Positions 48,622 to 59,476 of a stretch of 64,000 nucleotides of DNA are shown in pieces. A program made the position numbers and the translations under genes. The notes below the pieces were generated by a model. The model searched no databases, was not told the origin of the DNA, and worked only from the letters and a program-made list of their open reading frames with translations. This DNA is from Candidatus Bathyarchaeia archaeon. Lineage in GTDB: Archaea; Thermoproteota; Bathyarchaeia; 40CM-2-53-6. The DNA lies in the NCBI GenBank assembly GCA_049513715.1, contig JBEKVV010000001.1:256001-320000 (forward strand), read 5' to 3'. Position 1 is the first letter of the stretch. Each line of letters starts with the position of its first letter.

Positions 48622-49161
48622 TCAGGTGTTCTTCTTCTCAGTTTCTTTGTAGAGGTTCATCGCGTCTCTAGTGATTTTTCTGGCTTCCTCGGCGTTTGCC
48701 CACTTCTTGAACTTGACCCATTTGCTCGGTTCCAACCGCTTGTAGTACTCGAAGAAATCCTGAATTTCCCGGAGTTTGTTCTGGTGTACATCTGGCAGGT
48801 CCTTGTGGCCTTCGAACCTTGGGTCACCTAACGGTGCGCACAGAATCTTCGTATCGTCCCCCTTCTCGTCCTCCATAACTAAGGCACCTATCGTTCTGGC
48901 CTTAACGACGCACCCTACTCGCAGGGGTTCGTACCCCAGTACCAGTGCGTCCAATGGGTCGCCGTCGTTGGACCAAGTCTGTGGTATGAAACCGTAGTCA
49001 GCAGGGAAGACAATTGATGAGTGTAACACCCTGTCCAATGTGAGAACCTCCCACTCCGGGTTGTACTCGTACTTGTCCCTGGAACCGCTGGCAACCTCGA
49101 TGACAACGTTTATCGTGTCCGGGGGATTGTCGTCCGGAGGTATTTTCCGTAATAGGTTCAT
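48622..49161 (-). CDS. ppa: Inorganic pyrophosphatase
   Basis: KYEY, LDR, YGFIPQT, DGDPLD, FFEYYK. Confidence 0.96.
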   Translation of the reverse strand: MNLLRKIPPDDNPPDTINVVIEVASGSRDKYEYNPEWEVLTLDRVLHSSIVFPADYGFIPQTWSNDGDPLDALVLGYEPLRVGCVVKARTIGALVMEDEKGDDTKILCAPLGDPRFEGHKDLPDVHQNKLREIQDFFEYYKRLEPSKWVKFKKWANAEEARKITRDAMNLYKETEKKNT

Positions 49162-49270
49162 CGTAAACCGCCGCCAGTGTGGAAGCGACTACTTGATTCA
49201 GTGGAGGTAGTTAATCAGTTAGATTAGTCCTAAAAGGACTATGAGTATGCTTAGTACTTCAATTCACAGC

Positions 49271-50479
49271 TTACGACATCGGCTGCAGTTTCACCACTTT
49301 GACTTGTATGATTTCGTCCTTGCGTGCCGACATTCTGTCAAGAGTTCTCTGTGGTGGCGGCGTATCCAGTTGGATTTGGGCAACGGCTGCTTTGGAACCT
49401 TCGAAAATTATGTTGTGCACTTGGTGCACATTGGCCTTCGATTCTCTGAGGTCGTTTAGAATCCGCGTCAACACACCCATCTTGTCGTAGTGCCGCACGA
49501 TTAGCTCGTATTCTGCAGGTGTTTCTTTGGCGAAGTTGACGCAATTTTCAACGTTCCCTGTCTCCGCATAAGTTTCAATGATCCGAACCGTTTCATCTGC
49601 TGTGGCGACTTGTGCTTGGGCAGTTGAGGCCCCCACATGGTGAGTGCCCACCCAATTCGGCACGCCGTTAAGGACAGTGAAGTTACCACTCCCTTGCGCG
49701 GGCTCATTTTCATAGACATCAAGACCCGCGCGAACTCGCCCCGCCTTGAGCGCGTCAGCCAAGGCAGCGTTGTCGATGACTGCGCCGCGTGAAGTGTTGA
49801 GTACGATTGCGCCGGGTTTGAGCTTAGCAATGCGTTCAGCTGAGATGAGATGTTTGGTTTCGTCTGTGAACACTACATGAACCGAAACAATATCGCATGT
49901 GCCAAGGAGGTCGTCGATAGTTCTCGCTCTGGATACCCCCAGCTGTTTCGCCTTTTCGTCCGTAAGTGTGCGTGACCATGCAACGACTGGCATGTCGAAA
50001 GCTTTGACTCGTTTGATGACCTCCCTACCGATTGCGCCCGTGCCTATGACCCCGAAGACTTTCCCCTTCAGACCGTCAGCTCTCGAAAAACCTGCTTTAT
50101 TCCAAATTTGCTTCTTCAGCTCCGCGTCCTGCTCTGGAATGCGTCGGTCAACTGCCAGCAATAGCCCCAAAGTGAGCTCGGCCACTGCCGCAGAATTCTT
50201 GTCGGGGCAGTTGGCCACGTAGACTCCTCGTCCCGAAGCGGCATCCATGTCGATGTTTTCGGTTCCCGCACCCGCTCTAACAATGAGCTCCAATGAATTA
50301 GCACTATCAATGCACTCAGTGCTAACTCTCGTACCCCTGACTATCAGAATGTTCACTCCGATCATTCGCATTGCTAAAGACTCTGCAGTTATGTCGGGTT
50401 CGTATTCGGCCGCATCAGCTATGCCTCGCAGCCTATCCACATGTGTGCCGGGAAGCTTGTCCGCAATCAGCAATTTCAT
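49271..50479 (-). CDS. D-3-phosphoglycerate dehydrogenase-like 2-hydroxyacid dehydrogenase with ACT domain
   Basis: RAGAG..NID, GTGAIG, NTSRG, DVYENEP, HVGAST, C-terminal ACT. Confidence 0.88.
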   Translation of the reverse strand: MKLLIADKLPGTHVDRLRGIADAAEYEPDITAESLAMRMIGVNILIVRGTRVSTECIDSANSLELIVRAGAGTENIDMDAASGRGVYVANCPDKNSAAVAELTLGLLLAVDRRIPEQDAELKKQIWNKAGFSRADGLKGKVFGVIGTGAIGREVIKRVKAFDMPVVAWSRTLTDEKAKQLGVSRARTIDDLLGTCDIVSVHVVFTDETKHLISAERIAKLKPGAIVLNTSRGAVIDNAALADALKAGRVRAGLDVYENEPAQGSGNFTVLNGVPNWVGTHHVGASTAQAQVATADETVRIIETYAETGNVENCVNFAKETPAEYELIVRHYDKMGVLTRILNDLRESKANVHQVHNIIFEGSKAAVAQIQLDTPPPQRTLDRMSARKDEIIQVKVVKLQPMS

Positions 50480-50721
50480 AATAGGATTTCAACCTGAAAT
50501 CGGCCACCATACTAAGATGCCTTTGACTAAAAAGCCAGCCGCGAAATTGAAAGCCTTGGATCTGCTCCTAGCGAGAGAGAACAATGTTTCACTAATCCGA
50601 CTGTTGAGCATCAAGCAAAGCACTCGGAGGCTTCGTAGGATCGCGAAGGATCCCAGGACCATTAGCCTATGCAATTTCTCGATCTCTTTCGGAATCGGAA
50701 TGATCAAACCAAACAGCTGAG

Positions 50722-51393
50722 CTAGGCGGGCAAAACGTCTATGAACTGAAACCCATCGCGCAATACACGTTTTCCCGCGACCACGGGGATTGACTCCTTG
50801 AAGGTTGGTCCATCATAGACAAACGTATGGAATTCTCCGTTCTCACCGCATGGGTCGACTTGTGGTGGAAGGTCACTTAGAAATGAGTCGTCGAATTGAC
50901 GGCCCACAAACCCAGGGTCAAGTTTCTTAGGATCAACGCAGGTGACAAGGCCGCGAAAACCAACTCGAATTATCCCTTTGGCAAGTATTGTGGTGTCCTC
51001 CCCCCAAAGAGGGAAGACTGGCGTAAGGCCGATCTGCGCGAGCTTTTCCTCCCGATACTTGCGTATATCCTCCAGGAAGAGATCTCCGAATATCACCTGA
51101 GAGACTCCTCGTTCTTTCCATTTGGAAAGCAGTCTACGCATCTTCTCTTCGTAGATTTCGTTTGGACAAGGATATGGTATCTGGACCTTTTCAATTTCGT
51201 AACCCAGTGACTTCGCCTGCAAATCGAGCAGCTCCTCTCGAACTCCATGCATTGAGACCCGATGATACCGATCGGTCACTGTCGTTACGAGGCAGACTAC
51301 TTCGAACTGCTTAGTTGTCAGTATTCGGTGGAGTGCCATGGCGCTATCCTTGCCGGAGGACCAAGAGAGAATCGCTCGGGGAACCATAGACAA
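50722..51393 (-). CDS. PP-loop ATPase, diphthine-ammonia ligase-like family
   Basis: SWSSGKDS, FGDLFL, PCGENGEFHTFV. Confidence 0.85.
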   Translation of the reverse strand: MSMVPRAILSWSSGKDSAMALHRILTTKQFEVVCLVTTVTDRYHRVSMHGVREELLDLQAKSLGYEIEKVQIPYPCPNEIYEEKMRRLLSKWKERGVSQVIFGDLFLEDIRKYREEKLAQIGLTPVFPLWGEDTTILAKGIIRVGFRGLVTCVDPKKLDPGFVGRQFDDSFLSDLPPQVDPCGENGEFHTFVYDGPTFKESIPVVAGKRVLRDGFQFIDVLPA

Positions 51394-51461
51394 TTCGCCA
51401 GTAGTTGCTGGTACAATTCTCTTAACTGTCTGCTAAGTAGGTTGAGCTCTCGTGTTGACCG

Positions 51462-52739
51462 TTGAGTGCGGAGCCGCGTTCTCTCAAGAAGAGTATAAGG
51501 CTGAGAGAGGGTGTCTTCTTGTACATTGGCTCCGTTTTGGGAAGCGGGATACTCGTAGCGCCTGCCATCGCAGCTAACATAGCGGGGCCAGCGTCGTTAG
51601 TGGCTTGGGTTTTGCTCTCTTTTCTGAGCTATCCAATTGGATACACCTTTGGCGCGCTTGCCGCTAGTTACCCAGATGCCGGCGGATTATCTGCGTTCAT
51701 CAAGCGAGGATTTGGTTGGACTGCCGGAACAGTTGGAGGATGGCTTTTCGTTTTCTCGTTCTTCGTCGGAGCCCCAGTAGTTGCAATAATCGCATCATCA
51801 TACTTCATAATCTCATTGGGGCTATCGCCCAACCTGCTCTATCCAATCGCGTTCCTGTTCATTAGCTTCACAATCCTCATCAACGTTACTGGAATCAGAA
51901 TAGGGAGCCGAGTAGAGTCCGTTATCCTCGGAATGGTTGTCACGTTACTATTCGTGGCTGTGGGCTTGACGTTGCCGCACGTTCAACAGAGCAATTTCTT
52001 GCCGTTCGCTCCGCACGGTTGGTTCGCAGTGGGCGTTGTTGGTGTGATAATCTTCTGGTCTTTTCAAGGATACGAGAACGTTCCACAACTGGCTGAGGAG
52101 TTCAAGAATCCGGGGCGCGATTTCCAGCTCAGCATTGCTGCAAGTGCAACGATTACGAGTTTGTTGTACATTCTAACTTCCTTCAGCGTAATCGGGACGG
52201 CCATCTACGTTAATCAAAGTCTCTACGCGCCAGTTGCTCTGATGTTTTCGCGCTCGCTCGGTGTCAGTGCGGCTATTATTACTCTGTTTCTGGCAGTTAC
52301 TACGTGCTTTGGCACAATGAACGCCTACAGCATCGGCGTTTCTCGTCTTGTCTACGCCCTCGCCCGTGATGGTAGCATGCCATCGGCGCTGATGAAGCTG
52401 AATAAACAAGCCGCCCCCACGAGGGCCTTGCTCGTTCTCCTCGTAGGTGCCGCAACGTGCCTAGTTTTTGATGCTCTGATCGGCGCGAAACTGGACCAGT
52501 TATTCTTGGTCTCCGGCGCCGGTTTCATCGCACTCTATATTTTAGGCTCTGCGGCTGCTGTTAAGCTACTGAAGCTGCGTGGACTAAAACGGGTCTTTCC
52601 TTATGTGAGCCTCATCGTGTCGGCAGTTGTCTTCGTCTTTGTAGGGGAATATGCGCTGTTCCCGATCGTGATAGCATTGTTGTCCATACTGTGGGTAAAG
52701 ATTAGAACCGCCCGCATTGACTCACACAGGTTGAAGTAA
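51462..52739 (+). CDS. APC-family amino acid permease
   Basis: GSVLGSGI, YPDAGG, FWSFQGYE..EE..NP; about 12 TM. Confidence 0.9.
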   Translation: MSAEPRSLKKSIRLREGVFLYIGSVLGSGILVAPAIAANIAGPASLVAWVLLSFLSYPIGYTFGALAASYPDAGGLSAFIKRGFGWTAGTVGGWLFVFSFFVGAPVVAIIASSYFIISLGLSPNLLYPIAFLFISFTILINVTGIRIGSRVESVILGMVVTLLFVAVGLTLPHVQQSNFLPFAPHGWFAVGVVGVIIFWSFQGYENVPQLAEEFKNPGRDFQLSIAASATITSLLYILTSFSVIGTAIYVNQSLYAPVALMFSRSLGVSAAIITLFLAVTTCFGTMNAYSIGVSRLVYALARDGSMPSALMKLNKQAAPTRALLVLLVGAATCLVFDALIGAKLDQLFLVSGAGFIALYILGSAAAVKLLKLRGLKRVFPYVSLIVSAVVFVFVGEYALFPIVIALLSILWVKIRTARIDSHRLK

Positions 52740-52774
52740 GGATTCCGCGTAACGCTGGCTCATGTCAAGAGCCT

Positions 52775-52876
52775 TGGTGGGGTCGCTGGGATTTGAACCC
52801 AGGACTTCGCGGTTGCGGTTTAGGCAACTCACGCGGGCCCAAGCCGCGTATCATAACCATGCTAGACTACGACCCC
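52775..52876 (-). tRNA. tRNA-Pro(TGG) with one non-canonical intron at 45/46 (52806-52829)
   Basis: GGGGTCG/CGACCCC-A-CCA; CGCGG-CTTGGGC-CCGCG; BHB CGCG-TGA-GTTGC..GCAAC-CGCG-AAG. Confidence 0.92.
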
Positions 52877-53107
52877 TAATCAGCGACAGTGTTTGCGTGA
52901 TTTTTCAAGGGTTCGGTCTGTGCCTTAATAGGTTATGTGAACATCTCTGGCCCGAGTTTTGATCGGGTCAGCACGAGCAGCAAAGCTGAAGGGAGCTGAT
53001 TCTGCTATCCGCAGAAGCCTCTCTCTTTTCATCCCGGTATTGAGTATATCAAGGCACTGCCTGTGCACGAAACGCTTATGAGGTCACTGACTAGTTAGCT
53101 TCATTCT

Positions 53108-53296
53108 GTGTGTTATCATTTGTCTGGAGAAAGTGAGGAAGTGCTAGTCGTGGAAGAACCTATTGAGATCATAATCGAAGCCCCCGTTGTTGAGGGCGGA
53201 AGCTACCTCTACGTCTGCTCCGAGTGCGGCTACGACCTGACTGAGATTCCGTACTACAATCGATTCTACTGCCAAAACTGCGGCTTACACTACTGA
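53108..53296 (+). CDS. Small acidic zinc-ribbon protein
   Basis: CSECG and CQNCG pairs; start may be TTG 53120. Confidence 0.55.
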   Translation: MCYHLSGESEEVLVVEEPIEIIIEAPVVEGGSYLYVCSECGYDLTEIPYYNRFYCQNCGLHY

Positions 53297-53426
53297 GCCG
53301 CGAGCGTACCTCGAAGAACAATGTTTGTTTACCTATCGTAGATTCTGTTCGTACCGCGGTTCATAGCTGCGGAGAGAAATAACCACGAAATCACCGGAAG
53401 CCACGCGGAGATACGTCCTCGTCCTG

Positions 53427-54938
53427 GTGGTGTGCCTGTTTGTCACCACTTTGTTTCCTATGCACCCCGTCGGCGCTCAAACATCTCTGCCCCAGTACAT
53501 CGATGAATTCAACGTCCCAACTCCCTACTCGGCACCCTTAGCGATCGCTGTCGACAAACAGGGCATCGTTTGGTTCACTGAATCTAACGTTAGCCAACTT
53601 GGTAGATTTGACCCTACGAATCGCACATTCAAAGAATATCCAGTTCCAGGGATCGGTGACATGTGGGGAATCACAACCGACCAGAATGGGGTGTTGTGGC
53701 TGACTCAATACTCCGGGAAGGGGGCCGTCAACCCGGGTGGGCTAGTCGTCTCTGGAGGCCAAGGCAGACTACTTCGCTTCGATCCTTCTACAGCCCAGTT
53801 TTCAACCGTAAACATACCAACGAATAGCTCCTTTCCCATGAGAGTCACCGCGGACCATGAGAACCGCATCTGGTTCACTGAACTCCTAGGCAACAAAATC
53901 GGCATGTATGATTCAACCTCGAACTCGCTAAAAGAATACCCTGTGCCTACGAATGTTTCAGGCCCCGCTGACCTAACGTTCGACCAGTACGGAACTCTGT
54001 GGTTCACGGAAACTTACAACCAATCAGTCGCCAAATTCTTCCTAGGCAATCAGAGTTTTGTTGAATATCACCTATCAACTCGTGATCCTTCTAAGATCTT
54101 GTCCTCACCAGTTGGCATTGGCGTCTCAGCCAGCGGCGGCGTGTGGTTGACCGACCACGGCGGGAACTGGATAGCACAATTCGACCCTGCTTCCAATAAC
54201 GTTACTCGTTACCCTACTCACACTCCTCCAAGTGACGTGTATCCGACATCTATCCCAAACGGCTTGGCGATTGACAATGTGGGGAGGGTATGGTTCACTG
54301 AGCATGGGGGCAATAGTATCGGCTACTATGAGCCGGCAAATCGAACGATGGTAGAATTTCCCATACCCACCGGACCCATAAGCACGGCGTTGTGGCTGTC
54401 CTTGGCACCTAATGGTGATGTGTGGTTTACTGAGTGGAGCGGGAACAAGATCGGCGTAGTTCACGCTAGTCGTCCAGTTCCAATATCCCTGCGCCTTTCA
54501 GTAACCTACTTGCGCCTGGAGACAGGTAGTGCGGCGAAGTTATCTCTGCTTGCGAAGGTATCCGAAAATCTCGAAGGTAACGGAACGTTCCGTTTTTCTT
54601 GGGCTTCCTATGATGTGCGTCAAATCAGCGTTGGATTTTCGCCACGATATCCATTCTTCTCTGGCCTAGTTGACACGCCAGCCCAAGCCCAAGTGAGTCT
54701 CGACGGCAAGATTTCTCCGGGAAGATATGCCCTGGGGTTGGGAATTGACGCCGGTATAGTTCGCGTGTGGACGATTGTTCCGGTGGATGTTGTGCAGGCT
54801 GTTCCATCAAACGCCATGCCCAGCATGAGCTGGTTACTCACGACGATTCTTTTGGTGGTGCTTTTGGGCGCACTGCTGGGAGTAATCCTGAGACGGCGTT
54901 TGGGCCGCTCTCTGCCCAAATCCGTCATCTCCTTGTAG
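53427..54938 (+). CDS. Membrane-anchored Vgb (virginiamycin B lyase)-like beta-propeller protein
   Basis: Repeated G.[VI]WFTE....IG..DP motifs, signal-like N-terminus, C-terminal TM + RRR. Confidence 0.85.
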   Translation: MVCLFVTTLFPMHPVGAQTSLPQYIDEFNVPTPYSAPLAIAVDKQGIVWFTESNVSQLGRFDPTNRTFKEYPVPGIGDMWGITTDQNGVLWLTQYSGKGAVNPGGLVVSGGQGRLLRFDPSTAQFSTVNIPTNSSFPMRVTADHENRIWFTELLGNKIGMYDSTSNSLKEYPVPTNVSGPADLTFDQYGTLWFTETYNQSVAKFFLGNQSFVEYHLSTRDPSKILSSPVGIGVSASGGVWLTDHGGNWIAQFDPASNNVTRYPTHTPPSDVYPTSIPNGLAIDNVGRVWFTEHGGNSIGYYEPANRTMVEFPIPTGPISTALWLSLAPNGDVWFTEWSGNKIGVVHASRPVPISLRLSVTYLRLETGSAAKLSLLAKVSENLEGNGTFRFSWASYDVRQISVGFSPRYPFFSGLVDTPAQAQVSLDGKISPGRYALGLGIDAGIVRVWTIVPVDVVQAVPSNAMPSMSWLLTTILLVVLLGALLGVILRRRLGRSLPKSVISL

Positions 54939-54988
54939 GGTTGAGTTTAAACATACATGAGGCCTCTTGTGGGGAAAAGGGTTTTTTC

Positions 54989-56170
54989 TTGGCGTCATCT
55001 AAGAAGATTAGTCGCTTTTCTGAATCGGTCATCCGGGAGATGACTAGGCTTAGCGAAAAGTACGGCGCCATCAACCTCTCACAAGGTATGCCAGATTTTG
55101 ACCCGTCACCCAAGCTGGTTGAAGCTGCCGTTGAGGCCATTAGGAGAGGGTCGAATCAATACTCGGTTACATGGGGCCAGAGAAGCCTGCGAGTGGCCAT
55201 AGCGGAGAAAGCCAAGGAGTTTAATCGAATCGACGCCGACCCTGAGAAGAATATCACGGTCACTTGTGGAGTAACCGAGGGGATCACATCAGCTGTTTTA
55301 GGGATGGTCGATTCAGGCGACAAAGTAGTCGTCACCGACCCCTTCTACGAAAACTACGTTCCCGACGCTATTCTAGCAGGTGCCGAAATCCTCTACGTTC
55401 CACTTGTGGGAAAAGATCTGCACTTGGACGAGGAGAAACTCAAAGAAACCCTGGGCAAGCACCCCAAGGTAATCATTCTCAATACTCCAAACAATCCAAC
55501 GGGAAGAGTCTTCAGCTCCAAAGAACTGAAACTCATAGCCGACCTCTGCGAAGATTCAGGGACCACCGCCATCACAGACGAGATATACGAACACATAACC
55601 TACGACGGAAAGGAACACATTAGCCTTGCAACAATCGGAAACATGCACGACAAAACGATTACCGTAACCGGCGCCTCGAAAACGTATTCCGTAACAGGGT
55701 GGCGCATTGGCTGGGTTATTGCCAACGAAACTCTGACGGAGGCTGTTCGAAAAGTACATGATTACCTAACAATTTGTGCCCCAACCCCTCTACAGGACGC
55801 TTTGGTAACGGCATTGAATTTCCCGCAATCATACTATGAGAAACTAGCGGACACGTATGATCGGAAGAGACGATTTTTGTTGAAGGTTCTGGAAGAAGTT
55901 GGGCTTGAATATTTGCGACCTGAAGGAACCTATTACGTCCTAGTTGAGGCACCGAAGGCTTTCAAGGATGGCCAGGAATTCACTGATCACCTGCTGAAGA
56001 ATGCAGGTGTCGCCGTACTCCCTGCTAATGCACTCTATCACGATAAGACCCTTGGAAGCAGGAAAGTTCGATTGGCGTTCTGCAAGAAGGATACGACACT
56101 GCAAGATGTCGCGAGAAGTCTAAGGAAACTTACTTCGAAGCAGAAGTTGACGGTCAGGACCAGAGCTTGA
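54989..56170 (+). CDS. PLP-dependent aminotransferase class I/II
   Basis: INLSQGMPD, NTPNNPTG, DEIY, SKTYSVTGWRIG; TTG 54989 within ORF 54767..56170. Confidence 0.92.
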   Translation: MASSKKISRFSESVIREMTRLSEKYGAINLSQGMPDFDPSPKLVEAAVEAIRRGSNQYSVTWGQRSLRVAIAEKAKEFNRIDADPEKNITVTCGVTEGITSAVLGMVDSGDKVVVTDPFYENYVPDAILAGAEILYVPLVGKDLHLDEEKLKETLGKHPKVIILNTPNNPTGRVFSSKELKLIADLCEDSGTTAITDEIYEHITYDGKEHISLATIGNMHDKTITVTGASKTYSVTGWRIGWVIANETLTEAVRKVHDYLTICAPTPLQDALVTALNFPQSYYEKLADTYDRKRRFLLKVLEEVGLEYLRPEGTYYVLVEAPKAFKDGQEFTDHLLKNAGVAVLPANALYHDKTLGSRKVRLAFCKKDTTLQDVARSLRKLTSKQKLTVRTRA

Positions 56171-56198
56171 AATATGCGGCAGCACAGCTAGCCGACCG

Positions 56199-56837
56199 GT
56201 GGACCGCTTGTCCAACGATATTCTGCGCAGCCTCTACGCCCTGTCGAAACTCCCTAGTCCGGGCCCCGCGCCTGCGTTCTCCTATCTTCACGTCTGCAAT
56301 GCACTATTGACCATTGGTGACGAAGGTCCGATTGGCAGAATTGAGCTTTCACGCAGGCTAGGCTTGGGTGAAGGCGCGATAAGAACTGTCATGAAGCATT
56401 TGACGCAGGCCAAGGTTATTTCTACTGAGAAAGAGGGATGCATTTTGACCAGCCGCGGAAGCAAGCTCTATGAAGGCCTGAGGAAGAGAGTGTCAAGAGT
56501 CAAAGAGGTCGACGCGGGTCCGCTCTCTTTGGATGAATTCAATGCAGCCATCTTAATCCGGCATGCAGCCCGATTCTTGAAGAAGGGAATCGAGCAGAGG
56601 GACGCGGCAGTCCGCACCGGCGCCACAGGTGCTTGCACCTTGGTAGTTCATGGCGGGCGGTACACGATGCCATTGGCAGATGACGATGATTGGAGCATGA
56701 GTTCTGACGAACCGCTAGCCGAAGTATTGAAGAAGTTATTCAATCCAAAGGAAGGTGACATCATAGCGATTGTTGGTGCAGCAAACAAGGAGTTGGCTGA
56801 GCAAGGCGCGATGGCCGTAGCGCTCACACTTTTGTGA
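56199..56837 (+). CDS. Winged-helix protein, DUF4443-like
   Basis: GPIGRIELSRRLGLGEGAIRT, GIEQRDAAV..GA.GA. Confidence 0.75.
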   Translation: MDRLSNDILRSLYALSKLPSPGPAPAFSYLHVCNALLTIGDEGPIGRIELSRRLGLGEGAIRTVMKHLTQAKVISTEKEGCILTSRGSKLYEGLRKRVSRVKEVDAGPLSLDEFNAAILIRHAARFLKKGIEQRDAAVRTGATGACTLVVHGGRYTMPLADDDDWSMSSDEPLAEVLKKLFNPKEGDIIAIVGAANKELAEQGAMAVALTLL

Positions 56838-56865
56838 GCTTGGATCGCCTGAATAGATTTTCAGA

Positions 56866-57936
56866 CTACTTGCCCTTAATGAAGTCCTCAACCATCTGTC
56901 TCGCTACATCGTCTAAGAACTGCTCTGGCGGAGACTTCATGAAGTAGGCGGAGGGAGCCTTCAACGCACCGCTGATTCCTCTGTCCAGCGCTAACTTGGC
57001 GCATCTAATAGCGTCAATGACAACTCCGGCGCTGTTCGGCGAATCCCACACTTCAAGCTTCAACTCCATATTTAACGGGACATTGCCGAAAGTTGTCCCC
57101 TCCAAACGGATGTATGCCCATTTGCGGTCCAAGAGCCACGGGACGTAATCGCTCGGGCCAATGTGCACGTTGTCAGGCTCCATTTTGTAAGCCAATACTG
57201 ATGTGACAGCATTCGTCTTCGAGATCTTCTTGCTCTCCAGCCTTTCCCGTTCGAGCATGTTTAGAAAATCAGTGTTCCCGCCCACATTCAATTGCATTGT
57301 GCGGTCAAGCCTGACTCCACGGTCCCTGTATAACTGTGCGAGAACGCGATGGACTATCGTCGCACCGACCTGTGACTTTATGTCATCCCCGATTATTGGT
57401 AGTCCTCTTTTCACGAACACTTCCTGCCAGCGCTTCTCCCTGGCTATGAAGACGGGGATGCAATTGACTACTGCGCAGCCAGCGTTTATGGCCTGCTCAA
57501 CATACCACTTGGTCCCAAACTCACTACCTACTGGGAGGTAGTTTACGACCATGTCCGTCTTCGTTTCTTTCAAGACGTGGGCGACATCAACTGTGTGTGA
57601 CGGATGTTTCTCGATCACCTTGCTAAGGTATTTTCCCAAACCATCATGCGTCATCCCACGTTGCACAGGTACGCCGAGATTGGGAACGTCACTGAACCTG
57701 ATGGTGTTGTTCGGTCTTGTGAAAATCGCTTCAGAAAGGTCCTTTCCAACTTTGTTCTTGTCGATGTCGAACGCCGCTGAGAACGTGACGTCGCGAATGT
57801 GGTAGCCGCCGAGCCGTGGATGCATTAGGCCGGGGATGAATTCGTTGTCCTTGGCGTTCTTGTAGAATTCGACGCCTTGAACGAGTGATGAGGCGCAGTT
57901 ACCTACGCCGACGATGGCCACGCGGATCTTGGGCAT
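56866..57936 (-). CDS. ino1: myo-Inositol-1-phosphate synthase
   Basis: [45 protein letters not shown]. Confidence 0.95.
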   Translation of the reverse strand: MPKIRVAIVGVGNCASSLVQGVEFYKNAKDNEFIPGLMHPRLGGYHIRDVTFSAAFDIDKNKVGKDLSEAIFTRPNNTIRFSDVPNLGVPVQRGMTHDGLGKYLSKVIEKHPSHTVDVAHVLKETKTDMVVNYLPVGSEFGTKWYVEQAINAGCAVVNCIPVFIAREKRWQEVFVKRGLPIIGDDIKSQVGATIVHRVLAQLYRDRGVRLDRTMQLNVGGNTDFLNMLERERLESKKISKTNAVTSVLAYKMEPDNVHIGPSDYVPWLLDRKWAYIRLEGTTFGNVPLNMELKLEVWDSPNSAGVVIDAIRCAKLALDRGISGALKAPSAYFMKSPPEQFLDDVARQMVEDFIKGK

Positions 57937-58155
57937 GCTGTGAACTCCTCAACCTACGCGAATCTTTGTGCATTTGTTGCGTACATATGTAAAAAGCTAC
58001 TTAGCCGGTCTCAATCGTTCTCCGCGGGCCTGCGGAGGCGTCGCGAAGGCTTTTGTGAAGAAACTATATTCACGTTGGTGCAGCTAAGGCTCTGAGCATA
58101 TACCGGTGAACGTGGGATTCGGCCAAGGGATTTCGAAATTGTGGACGCCCAGTTT

Positions 58156-58368
58156 CTAGTATCGCTGTATAGGAAACTCCCAAAAAACGGCGCCGAACGA
58201 GAGCATCATTAGGATGCCTGCTATCAGAATCATGCCTTTCAAGAGAAAGAAGAGTCCGGTGAAGGCCACCCCGGTGGCCATTGCGATTAATGCTGGCCAA
58301 ATGCCGTGCTCGAGATATTCTGGGGCTTCTTCATGTTTCCCTTGGGACAGTTCTGCAGCAGACCCCAT
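58156..58368 (-). CDS. Small two-helix membrane protein resembling heme-copper oxidase subunit III N-terminus or accessory subunit
   Basis: HGIWPALIA followed by two TM helices ending in W. Confidence 0.4.
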   Translation of the reverse strand: MGSAAELSQGKHEEAPEYLEHGIWPALIAMATGVAFTGLFFLLKGMILIAGILMMLSFGAVFWEFPIQRY

Positions 58369-58502
58369 TTTCGAGAACCTTCTCGCCCAGCCGTTGGATA
58401 CCGAATATAAGTTTTCGCAAATCGTAAATCACATCTAGTTGCCTGAAACAAAAATCGCATTCTTATTAGCTACCCTTTCATCTCCGGAAGGGTCGAAAGG
58501 AA

Positions 58503-59108
58503 TTGGGGTCTCGAACGCTTTACGAAATCATCGGCTTCGCTTGCGGGTTTGCACTTATCGATTACGGCTTCAATTTCATGGCTACAGGACTTCCAGGAGC
58601 ACGCTCGCTTACTTCGCAGTTCATAGGAGCCAACCTTCTAGTCGGCGGATCCGCCGCTGTCTTCATCTCACTCTTCTACATGCTAAGATCTGACAACGTC
58701 CCAACCTCTGCGATCCCGCAAGTTGCTGCAATCGTTCCTGACGTTCGAGTCGAGACCGTTGTTGAAGAGCAGACACCCATACCGGAAGCTGCGAAGCCTA
58801 CACTGCCTTCATACGCTGAATCACTTGAAGTACATCTAAGCGAATTCCATGTGTTGTCACCAGGTGACTATGAGCAGCACTTGGCTGCAAACGTATTCGA
58901 TAAGATTCGGATTGAAGCGGAGACTGTGACAATTTGGCGAGAGGATCGCCAGGGGATTCGCTCTATTTACCTTGCAGGGCCGTACGAGCTGAAAAGAAAA
59001 CTGATGGAAAGTTACGTAGAACGCGGGGAGGACTTGAAAATCGGGTATCTGTCGCTTTCAGTGGAAACGATCCGAGACTTGCTGGCTCTCCAACAAAAGC
59101 CCGTCTAG
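58503..59108 (+). CDS. Hypothetical membrane protein
   Basis: Two N-terminal hydrophobic helices and a soluble C-terminal part. Confidence 0.6.
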   Translation: MGSRTLYEIIGFACGFALIDYGFNFMATGLPGARSLTSQFIGANLLVGGSAAVFISLFYMLRSDNVPTSAIPQVAAIVPDVRVETVVEEQTPIPEAAKPTLPSYAESLEVHLSEFHVLSPGDYEQHLAANVFDKIRIEAETVTIWREDRQGIRSIYLAGPYELKRKLMESYVERGEDLKIGYLSLSVETIRDLLALQQKPV

Positions 59109-59286
59109 GGGATTGACTGGCTCTTTAGCTTGGCCTAGCCTAACGCGTGAGGACAGCCCGCAGGATTACTCCGATTGTGGCAATTGCAGTTGTGGCGAAC
59201 ACGATCACAACGATTTGCTCTTTGGTGATCTGCTATCTCTTCTTGGATTGTGCATGAGCGAGACTAGAGCTGAAATTTCACAGGCT

Positions 59287-59409
59287 TCATGGCCATGGGT
59301 CACCGAGACCAAAGGCCCGCGTAGCCAGCTGTAAACGAAGTTGGCGACCATCACGAGAACAGCGATTCCGATTAAAAAGCCGCCTATGCTGGAAAGTGTT
59401 CAAGCTCTC
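59287..59409 (-). pseudogene. Possible remnant of heme-copper oxidase subunit I (last helix)
   Basis: Hand translation SLN/LSSIGGFLIGIAVLVMVANFVYSWLRGPLV/GDPWP* with two frameshifts. Confidence 0.5.
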
Positions 59410-59476
59410 AGCCGGTTACCTGTTCCTCACTCTAATCCTAATTGTCGTGGGGCACATTCTCTAGTCGGAGTCTGCG

